Of a stretch of DNA of 64,000 nucleotides, positions 56,890-64,000 are shown in pieces. How positions within the stretch are numbered: position 1 is the first letter of the stretch; every line of letters starts with the position of its first letter. The translations under genes and the position numbers were made by a program. Under the pieces are notes generated by a model that saw nothing but the letters and a program-made list of their open reading frames with translations, was not told the origin of the DNA and searched no databases. Source of the DNA: a virus (lineage: Duplodnaviria; Heunggongvirae; Uroviricota; Caudoviricetes); the IMG/VR virus record IMGVR_UViG_2585427757_000006. The stretch is one strand, 5' to 3'.

Positions 56890-57426
56890 GTGAACAACCA
56901 AATTCATTGGGACTACCCATTCTCAGAAGAATTCGGCAGTGGGATGGTACACAGACAATTCACTGTGGGAAGCACTATTTATGCCGTTGGGTTTGAACAA
57001 ATATTGACGATGGATGATTTCACACGTAAGGGAGTTGATATCCTAAATGTACATCCAACATTCCGGTTTCCTCTGAGTGGTGTATGGGGAGTGATTTTTG
57101 ACGAAATTGACCCTGTAGAAATGGATTTCAAAGGATTTCGGCATATCCAACATCAAGGCTTGGCAGGTGGTCAAGTGCTTTTGAATGTTGCAAGTATAAT
57201 CTTTGACCATTATACTGTTTGTAACGCAGGAGCTTATGTCTTCTCCGCCGCAGACGACCATCAGCATTTACGCAGAACTGACTTGGTTGACATTTACTGT
57301 AAGATACTAGGTCTAAATGGAAAACGTAAAAGTAGATTGTTCGCCAATGGTTTTCCTGGATGGGAGGCATACTGTGATGTACCAACAGGAGGAAGAGGCT
57401 ATGTCGTCACGACTGAAAGTTATTAA
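56890..57426 (+). CDS. hypothetical protein, GTG start
   Basis: 178-aa ORF; no clear SD. Confidence 0.35.
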   Translation: MNNQIHWDYPFSEEFGSGMVHRQFTVGSTIYAVGFEQILTMDDFTRKGVDILNVHPTFRFPLSGVWGVIFDEIDPVEMDFKGFRHIQHQGLAGGQVLLNVASIIFDHYTVCNAGAYVFSAADDHQHLRRTDLVDIYCKILGLNGKRKSRLFANGFPGWEAYCDVPTGGRGYVVTTESY

Positions 57427-57628
57427 TTATTACCCCACCTCTGCAGAACGTTTGAGCCTTGAAATGGGCGAAAGACTACAGAAAGCTGCTGGTCAGGATT
57501 TAAAGAACAAGTTGGGTTCAGGGGAAATTAAACTGATTAACGGTAAATATGTAGGTGAAAGCCTGAAAGTTAATAGCACCTCTATGCTAAAAGCGCGGTT
57601 GCGTAAAGCGTATATCCCCGCTAAATGA
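57401..57628 (+). CDS. hypothetical small protein
   Basis: 75-aa ORF starting MSSRLKV with SD aggagg; overlaps previous ORF in another frame. Confidence 0.4.
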   Translation: MSSRLKVINYYPTSAERLSLEMGERLQKAAGQDLKNKLGSGEIKLINGKYVGESLKVNSTSMLKARLRKAYIPAK

Positions 57629-57630
57629 AA

Positions 57631-57656
57631 AGGCCTATATGGGCCTTTTCATTTTT
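57631..57656. terminator. bidirectional rho-independent terminator between convergent genes
   Basis: aggcc-tatat-ggcct hairpin flanked by A-run and T-run. Confidence 0.6.
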
Positions 57657-57900
57657 ATAGTGTACTCACCAGCGCCGCAAATTCCGTATACCCCCCAATA
57701 TGCTCTCCATGTATGAATATCTGAGGTATGGTATCCACTGGTTTACCAACCAGGTTGCTCAACGTTTCTTTGTTGATCCCCGCAGATGTAATATCTATAT
57801 ACTCATAATCACCGTAGCCATGTCCCTTTAGTTGCTTCGCCAACTCGACCGCACGTTTGCAGTATGAGCAGTTATCTCGTCCGTAGATAGTGATCGTCAT
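57655..57900 (-). CDS. glutaredoxin (NrdH/NrdC-like redoxin)
   Basis: CSYC active site, TIPQIFI, GG motif; 81 aa. Confidence 0.8.
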   Translation of the reverse strand: MTITIYGRDNCSYCKRAVELAKQLKGHGYGDYEYIDITSAGINKETLSNLVGKPVDTIPQIFIHGEHIGGYTEFAALVSTL

Positions 57901-58073
57901 AACTTAACAAATACCTTTATAAATATTGATTCGAACATATCAGACTATACTACAAACAGATTTTTTTGATAAGTATGTAGTAACTTATTGATTGACTAGT
58001 AAACAATTGAAGTGATTACGACAATAGATTACAGTAAGGATTGCCTTGAAATGTACATTTTATAGAGGTTTTA

Positions 58074-58982
58074 ATGATTGGTAAGTTGTCTGATTCTTTG
58101 ATTGAAAATAAATACAACGAATTTAGAGAAGAAATATCTTTACTTTTTGACTATTTAAATCAGATAAATGATACAACAAAGAAAAATATAAAACGTCTTC
58201 TTAAAGAAGTGGAGTATGCACAAAATCCAGATACTATTATTAATATTAATGAAACTATTAAGATTAAGTGTGGCACAACGTTAGCTCGCCATTTATGTTC
58301 AAACCCATATACAGGTTCAACATTAGAGATAGGTAACAGCGCCATTGATTTAGAAGAAAAGATAAGATTGTGTAATACTTTGAAAAATAAACAATATCAG
58401 TGGGTTATTACTGAAGCCTATGAGTTACTGGAAGACTATATTGAGGCAATATATGTCTATACTGTATGTGTTCGAAATGATTTATGGTCCTCAAGTGATT
58501 TTGGTAAGGTTGAAGATGATGAAATTGGGAAAAGGGAAGTTTATTACAGATTATTAAAAGCAAAAAGTAACCCATCGAAAAAAATAACTAAAATTTTCAG
58601 AAATAAAATACCTGGCTTCAAAGAGATAGAAACAAACAACAAGATTGGCAAAAACTATCGCTTTAACATCAAGCTAATTGAACTACTAAGACATACAATA
58701 GTACACAATAGTGGACGATTCAATGATACAGAAAAATTTATAAATAAGGTTTTAGATGAATCTGAAATAAACGGTAAGAAAAGAGTTATTGGAGAAAGAG
58801 CTGTTAGAAGTTACATTACTAAAGTGCAAGAAGATGATATTGTGATGCTCTTAGAAAGACCATCTGAAATTTTAGGTTCTTTTGGTGGGTATTTTAACAG
58901 AGCAAAATTTTTACTAAGTGATATTTTAGAATACTCACTAATCATTAAAGAAGAACTAAAATCATATCTAGGCAATCATTAA
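58074..58982 (+). CDS. AT-rich hypothetical protein with HEPN-like R-x4-H motif; candidate abortive-infection protein
   Basis: 302-aa ORF visibly AT-rich versus its neighbours; LLRHTIVHNSG; strong terminator downstream. Confidence 0.45.
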   Translation: MIGKLSDSLIENKYNEFREEISLLFDYLNQINDTTKKNIKRLLKEVEYAQNPDTIININETIKIKCGTTLARHLCSNPYTGSTLEIGNSAIDLEEKIRLCNTLKNKQYQWVITEAYELLEDYIEAIYVYTVCVRNDLWSSSDFGKVEDDEIGKREVYYRLLKAKSNPSKKITKIFRNKIPGFKEIETNNKIGKNYRFNIKLIELLRHTIVHNSGRFNDTEKFINKVLDESEINGKKRVIGERAVRSYITKVQEDDIVMLLERPSEILGSFGGYFNRAKFLLSDILEYSLIIKEELKSYLGNH

Positions 58983-58987
58983 CAAAA

Positions 58988-59013
58988 AAGGGGCCGAAGC
59001 CCCTTTGGATTTT
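58988..59013. terminator. bidirectional rho-independent terminator
   Basis: aggggc-cgaa-gcccct hairpin flanked by A6 and T-rich runs; sits between the plus-strand gene and the minus-strand tRNA cluster. Confidence 0.7.
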
Positions 59014-59160
59014 GCGCTTAAAAAAGTGTTGCTAGGATGTTAGCAAGCTATGGTTAAGAACGTCTGCCGTAATTGTCTATCACAGCGTTGAGCGGTCTGG
59101 TTTATGTTAGCGGAGTCTTAATCTGGGTGATTAAAAGGCCAAACCGCTCAACGCTGTGTC

Positions 59161-59247
59161 TGGCGGAGAGTAATGGAATCGAACCATCATCGCTTGCGCA
59201 ATGGGACGGTTTTCAAGACCGCTTGAGCACCATGCTCCCTACTCTCC
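59161..59247 (-). tRNA. tRNA-Ser(UGA), type II with long variable arm, CCA encoded
   Basis: Acceptor ggagagt/actctcc, anticodon loop cttgaaa, T-loop ttcgatt; D-loop unusually short. Confidence 0.6.
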
Positions 59248-59471
59248 GGCCGTTGTGGTGGCCGGTACTGAATCTCCGGCATACGGTGCAGCCAATTAGG
59301 ACTACGGACGATCACCGCTCGCGAAAGGGAAGATTTGCGGCCGCATTTCCCTAACATCCAAGAAAGCTATCGCATCAGTCTGCGAATCCACCACAACGGT
59401 AAGATCACTACCTTTCGACCAGTCATTGTGCACATGAACGACGATTAACCGTAATGATCTTATCGTTGTAT

Positions 59472-59547
59472 TGGTGCCGGTTAGCGGACTCGAACCGCTG
59501 ACATCCTGCTTACAAGGCAGGCGCTCTACCAACTGAGCTAAACCGGC
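59472..59547 (-). tRNA. tRNA-Thr(UGU), CCA encoded
   Basis: gccggtttagctcagttggtagagc D-arm, anticodon loop cttgtaa, T-loop ttcgagt. Confidence 0.75.
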
Positions 59548-59551
59548 AATT

Positions 59552-59638
59552 TGGTGGGGAGTGATGGAGTCGAACCACCCGAGTCGCAATGACAGTAGAT
59601 TTACAGTCTACCCCGCTGCCCCTACGGACTAACTCCCC
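59552..59638 (-). tRNA. tRNA-Tyr(GUA), long variable arm, CCA encoded
   Basis: Acceptor ggggagt/actcccc, anticodon stem gtaga/tctac with loop ctgtaaa, T-loop ttcgact. Confidence 0.65.
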
Positions 59639-59643
59639 TAAAT

Positions 59644-59718
59644 TGGCGATGGTGGGTGGATTCGAACCACCGACCAGTTGGTTAACAGCCAACTGCTCTA
59701 CCGCTGAGCTACACCATC
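59644..59718 (-). tRNA. tRNA-Asn(GUU), CCA encoded
   Basis: Acceptor gatggtg/caccatc, D-arm gctcagcggtagagc, anticodon loop ctgttaa, T-loop ttcgaat. Confidence 0.75.
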
Positions 59719-60470
59719 AATTCAGCACTGCCAGTATTTATTACTCAACAGTGCCAATCGCGACGGTTTAGTTTCTGCCAGGAAACGCACCGCTACTTGC
59801 ACTTTTCGTTTGTGCCAGACGCTTTCGACTTCGCTCAATAGTAGAAGGCAAAATCTTTAAGTAGATGATGTTTCTGAGGACAGCACCTACTTTGTAATTT
59901 ATACAATGTGATGTATGGAATCATTTGTTGTGAAAACAGGCACCAATGGCAACAGTGGTTAAACCTACACAACAATCCTGTCTTCACAACGTTGAGGCCA
60001 CTACTCCGATTGAATGTTTGCCCAACATGTTACATATCAACGCTCGCCGGTATCTCTGTGAATAGAACCTTAGAATTGATAAAAATGTAATGGCCTCAAC
60101 GTTGTGTGCTGGCTAACCATACCAGCCGGGCTACGTCGCCGCTTTTTAACCCAGTATAAACGACATAATTGAACAAAATGACGTAACAGGATGGGCGGTC
60201 AGTGGCTAAGAATCCGGGAGTCATATGGAGTTGAAAATATACCAACCGCCCATTCTGTTCCCTCCTGCGTTCTGCAATCACACTCGCTCAGTGTGTCCCA
60301 TTTCGGTAACGAGGCTGGAAACTGACCTCGCTGGTGTTTGGCTTATTAGGCTACTGCCAGATAGACTTCTTCGTTTGCACTTGTATTTAAGTTCAAACAG
60401 TCGCGTCTCAACGAAAACAAAGTCATCTTATACATAAAAGATAAGTAAGTAAATACTTATCAATATGTTT

Positions 60471-60761
60471 TTATTCGGTTGTGACTTTTTTGATCAAGGC
60501 CACTCTACGACTAGGTGTTCTTGTAATGGTGGCAGTGAATCGTTTCGCTTGGATAGTAATGGTTTCGTTCTCCTTAAGTTGCCCGTAGCGAGTTTCCACC
60601 AGGGTGCCAAGACGCCACAGACCATCATCGATACGTTTATGACTAGCAAATTTAATCAGCAACAGTTTTACGACTAACTGACCTACGTAAAAGGCGAATG
60701 CGACTCCGGCCGCTAAGAAATAGGTGGCCAACCACCATTCCCAAGAAGTTAAATTGCTCAT
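60471..60761 (-). CDS. membrane protein, N-terminal transmembrane helix
   Basis: 96-aa ORF; WWLATYFLAAGVAFAFYVG. Confidence 0.4.
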   Translation of the reverse strand: MSNLTSWEWWLATYFLAAGVAFAFYVGQLVVKLLLIKFASHKRIDDGLWRLGTLVETRYGQLKENETITIQAKRFTATITRTPSRRVALIKKVTTE

Positions 60762-60910
60762 TTTTTCACCTTTGTTTCATGAACTACCCGATACACACGC
60801 TTTCCGATGCACAGTGTTTTGGTTTTAAGTTCCTGCTTAATTAAATCACGACAGATGCCGAAGCCGATAAGGAAGCCACCCATAAAAGCTAATGAGATGT
60901 ATGGAATCAT
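60758..60910 (-). CDS. small membrane protein, 50 aa
   Basis: MIPYISLAFMGGFLIGFGIC; SD aggag; stop overlaps next start (ATGA); below track cutoff. Confidence 0.4.
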   Translation of the reverse strand: MIPYISLAFMGGFLIGFGICRDLIKQELKTKTLCIGKRVYRVVHETKVKK

Positions 60911-61122
60911 TTTAACACTCCTGATTCTACTAATTGCTGTAGCAATACTTTCCCTTTATCAGTTAACTGGTAGTTGGCCGAACACCACGTTTCAGAAACG
61001 TTTGCAACCAACCCTAAACGCTCTAACTTAGCTCGCGTTTTAGGCTTCCAGTACTCAGGGAACTCCGGCCACTTACTGATTTCATGAAGCGTTTCCTTCT
61101 CCCGTTTACTTAATACGATCAT
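60907..61122 (-). CDS. hypothetical protein
   Basis: 71-aa ORF, overlapping starts and stops with neighbours. Confidence 0.4.
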   Translation of the reverse strand: MIVLSKREKETLHEISKWPEFPEYWKPKTRAKLERLGLVANVSETWCSANYQLTDKGKVLLQQLVESGVLK

Positions 61123-61285
61123 CCTTAATCTCCTTCAGGGTGTTGGTTATTTCTACAATGCGATAAATACGACCGCGTCTTTCTATAACACCGCTTTTAA
61201 TGTAGTCATTGATGCAACTGGACATCACCACAATACCTATGAAAAAACCAACTGCTAAAAATGCAATCATCCAGCCGAGCATCAT
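61106..61285 (-). CDS. small membrane protein, 59 aa
   Basis: MMLGWMIAFLAVGFFIGIVVM; start overlaps ligase stop; below track cutoff. Confidence 0.35.
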   Translation of the reverse strand: MMLGWMIAFLAVGFFIGIVVMSSCINDYIKSGVIERRGRIYRIVEITNTLKEIKDDRIK

Positions 61286-62604
61286 TCTTTATCTCCGATT
61301 CGATCTTCTGTATCGCGTAAGCAACGCGGCCATTTCAGTCGGGGGTGGCGTAAGCTGCCATCCGGTGTTTTCTCGTGACAATGAACCTCAACAATACGAC
61401 CACGGTACTTCTCTTTGTTGTTCCAGATCTCGTCCAGATATTTATGCTTAATACCGCTCGCACGAACGATGACGCCGTTTTCAAGACGAATAACAATTTT
61501 TCCAAGTGTGTTGGCAAAACCAGAGTCCGGGTCGCCCGGCTCAAAGTCGATAATTTCACCATCTTCTGAATCTTCGTCTTTTAACTTCCACCAGCTGCGG
61601 GTACGTTTAAACTCGTAAACAGAGTTCGGATCTTTGCCCATCTCCCCTTCTTCGTTATCGTCCAGGCGTTTCATGAAGCGTTCGATGAAGTCTTCGTGGC
61701 TATGGATGATATAGAACGGATGCAGGTGAATATCTTGTGTGTAGCCTTCACTGCGATCGTTTTTGAACAACGCCACCAGCATAGCCAGGCGCTCTTTCAG
61801 CTTCATACCTGTCTTTGCATACTCTTTGGATTTAGCCTGTGCTCGCCATTCCGGTAGGAAGAAGTCGAAAACATGATAAATAGCGCCAATTGCCTGCACG
61901 TTCTTTTTGCGCAATGCAGATACGGACTGGTTAAATGAACCGGCAGTTCCTTCACCATCGAAGAAGATGTGTTTGTGGCCTGAAAGTTTGCCTAATTCGA
62001 GCATGGCTGGCTTTAGGTGATCGAGAGACGTGATTGGATTACCAGTACGAGAAAGGAAGTTAACCTCTTCCTCGTCAACAATAACCTCGCAAATTACTCG
62101 CAAACCATCGAGCTTAAGACTGCCAATCATTGGCCATTTTGCTTTAGGATTTGGCTTGAAGGGGTATTTGTCGCCTTTTTCTTTATACGGTGACGCCAGC
62201 TGCACCTCGAATTTCGGAATGGGATTTTCAAAAACCTTGTTGCATAGGCTAATCCCAACGCCAGCTTTCGGGTCTTTTAAGAGGAAACGACGGAACACGT
62301 CCTGCCCATCGGCGCACATTGACGCCACGATAGACTCAACAGCTGCTATTGCTGCGTTCCCCGTTAGCTCGCGAGAGGCCAGCTTGTTCAGTACATCAAT
62401 GGCTTTTTCGTCACTTGGGATGGACTCACTAAGCGGCTCTGCCACTTTGTATTTCTTTACCCCAAAACGGATGAAAGGGTTGAGCATCAATGAAACCATG
62501 CTTTGCTCGAAGTCATCCATGTTGGCCAATGCCTCTTTTTTTGCATTGGTTCCCATAGCTTTCATTTCGTCCAGCTTATGCTTAAGTGCGATCAACTTTT
62601 TCAT
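61282..62604 (-). CDS. ATP-dependent DNA ligase
   Basis: Adenylation lysine motif KLDGLR; 440 aa; OB-fold-like C-terminus. Confidence 0.75.
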   Translation of the reverse strand: MKKLIALKHKLDEMKAMGTNAKKEALANMDDFEQSMVSLMLNPFIRFGVKKYKVAEPLSESIPSDEKAIDVLNKLASRELTGNAAIAAVESIVASMCADGQDVFRRFLLKDPKAGVGISLCNKVFENPIPKFEVQLASPYKEKGDKYPFKPNPKAKWPMIGSLKLDGLRVICEVIVDEEEVNFLSRTGNPITSLDHLKPAMLELGKLSGHKHIFFDGEGTAGSFNQSVSALRKKNVQAIGAIYHVFDFFLPEWRAQAKSKEYAKTGMKLKERLAMLVALFKNDRSEGYTQDIHLHPFYIIHSHEDFIERFMKRLDDNEEGEMGKDPNSVYEFKRTRSWWKLKDEDSEDGEIIDFEPGDPDSGFANTLGKIVIRLENGVIVRASGIKHKYLDEIWNNKEKYRGRIVEVHCHEKTPDGSLRHPRLKWPRCLRDTEDRIGDKE

Positions 62605-63083
62605 TGTTGTTTTACCTCCATATGTTGATCGATTTGCTCATGTGTTTCTTTTGTTGTTTCTTCAAGCAACGCCGCATACACGTCAGTGATCGCTGTTTGT
62701 GATGTGGTGCTCTTCTTAACCATGCTATTAATCGTTACACTGTCACGTTTTCGTTTTAAAGTTCTGGCTTGTTTATTCCGTTCTTCAACCTCCTTAATGA
62801 GCGCGGTCATATCTTCGAAATACAGAGATTCTCCTTTACGAATCTCTTCAACCATCATTTTTAACGCCTTGCATTTGCCTGCTTTGATAGCGGTTGCGCA
62901 CGACTGGAATGAAGTTCGAGGAAGACGGTTTTCTTTGAAGGCAAGAATGGTGTGCTGGCAAACGGAGTAGCTGCAATATGCCGACTCACCGTTTATCTTT
63001 ACTTCCTCACAACGAAGTGAATAACCATTATTTCCTGAAATAGAGGGGATTTTTGACAAATCAGCTTTCACAATTACCGCCAA
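62601..63083 (-). CDS. hypothetical protein with N-terminal Cys/His cluster
   Basis: 160-aa ORF; ATGA overlap with ligase start. Confidence 0.4.
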   Translation of the reverse strand: MAVIVKADLSKIPSISGNNGYSLRCEEVKINGESAYCSYSVCQHTILAFKENRLPRTSFQSCATAIKAGKCKALKMMVEEIRKGESLYFEDMTALIKEVEERNKQARTLKRKRDSVTINSMVKKSTTSQTAITDVYAALLEETTKETHEQIDQHMEVKQQ

Positions 63084-63138
63084 AAATAATCTTGTGCTTA
63101 CCTATCATTATTTGCGTAAAAAACGACACACTGAGAGC

Positions 63139-63915
63139 TTACCAACTTCCCCAGCTAATCATCTTGCGCTGATCGCTTTCTAAGCGATAGGGGACAAGAA
63201 GCTCTGTGACATGATTGGTGGCGTATGATTTAGCCTCTTGCTCTATCATCGGTAATTCGTTAGCAATCCTGACCATCTTCCCAGCAAACTCCGCCATTAC
63301 GCCATCACATGCCTTCCCAGCATCAATAACGATATGCACCAGATCCAACTGGCTTTTGCACATGTCGCAAAGAGACGCATACTCACTCTCTCTGATTACA
63401 TTTACGGCATCATTGGCCCCTTTATTAAGCAAGACTTCCAACAGGTTTGTCGGGGTAACGAAATCTGCTTTCAGAGATAATGTCTTTTCACCACTTATCG
63501 AACGCAAGTACTCTTCGTAGTTATTCTTCATCAAACCGCTGCTGCGCATTGCTAGAACTGCTTCTTGAATGGCCGCTTCAATAGTTTCGTCGTTTGAAAG
63601 ACAAAAAACGGTATTTGTGTAGATCACTCTGCCATCAAGCCATGCTCCAACCTGCACTTTAAGACTGAGCGGGTTTTCTTTGCTAATAAAAACAACTAAT
63701 GCAGAACGCCGTGCACAAGAAGGTTCGCCCCATACGTGTAACTCAACTTTCAGATAAGGCAACCCTGGTAGCGGGATCTCGTCCATACGAGCAGCGATAT
63801 GATTCATTGCTGTATTGACGGCCTTTCCAATGATGTCTAGTCGACTGCCCTCGCTGATTTCTAAACCTGTTTTATCAATGATGTCACAGGCCAATTTCTG
63901 AATTTCGTCTTTCAT
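63139..63915 (-). CDS. hypothetical protein
   Basis: 258-aa ORF with SD upstream. Confidence 0.45.
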   Translation of the reverse strand: MKDEIQKLACDIIDKTGLEISEGSRLDIIGKAVNTAMNHIAARMDEIPLPGLPYLKVELHVWGEPSCARRSALVVFISKENPLSLKVQVGAWLDGRVIYTNTVFCLSNDETIEAAIQEAVLAMRSSGLMKNNYEEYLRSISGEKTLSLKADFVTPTNLLEVLLNKGANDAVNVIRESEYASLCDMCKSQLDLVHIVIDAGKACDGVMAEFAGKMVRIANELPMIEQEAKSYATNHVTELLVPYRLESDQRKMISWGSW

Positions 63916-64000
63916 ACCAACTCCTAGCTAACAGATGAAAGTATTCTTACAAAAAACTAAGTATGTATCTACTTATCATTTTAGGCGCAATAGTTCCCTA

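Noticed and set aside
59073-59771. Track ORFs of 60-95 aa across the tRNA cluster (for example 59302-59589 with LAQLVERL...GSSP)
   Set aside because: These are translations of tRNA genes; the tRNA cloverleaf calls explain the sequence.

Overview
Mosaic 64-kb window, mostly minus-strand coding. (1) 1-1900: 3-prime part of an IS21-family element (istA open to the window edge, istB). (2) 2040-3975: a GT-skewed degenerate repeat tract and two small genes that carry the same start-proximal palindromic motif as the element further right. (3) About 4000-7356: Escherichia-type metG and apbC (mrp), divergent, ending in a 126-bp IS1 left-end remnant (7358-7486). (4) 7487-64000: dense phage-plasmid-like DNA with short overlapping genes and recurrent intergenic motifs. 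It contains a P1/RepFIB-type iteron replicon (oriR, repA, incA-like array), a nucleotide-metabolism block (RNase H, Dam-like methylase, exonuclease, kinase, DHFR, thymidylate synthase, nrdAB, glutaredoxin, ligase), a recombination block (SbcCD-like, RuvC-like, RecA-like, SSB-like, flap endonuclease), a dnaE split by an HNH endonuclease gene, a CobS/CobT-like pair, a type I R-M operon with an embedded PD-(D/E)xK gene beside an IS3-family remnant, a tyrosine recombinase with an adjacent lox-like site, an AT-rich HEPN-motif gene and four tRNAs. No virion structural genes were recognised. The most notable candidates are the embedded host metG-apbC block, the lox-like site with dispersed half-sites, the split dnaE, and two defence-like loci. 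All calls rest on reading the translations and sequence by eye; no database search was possible.
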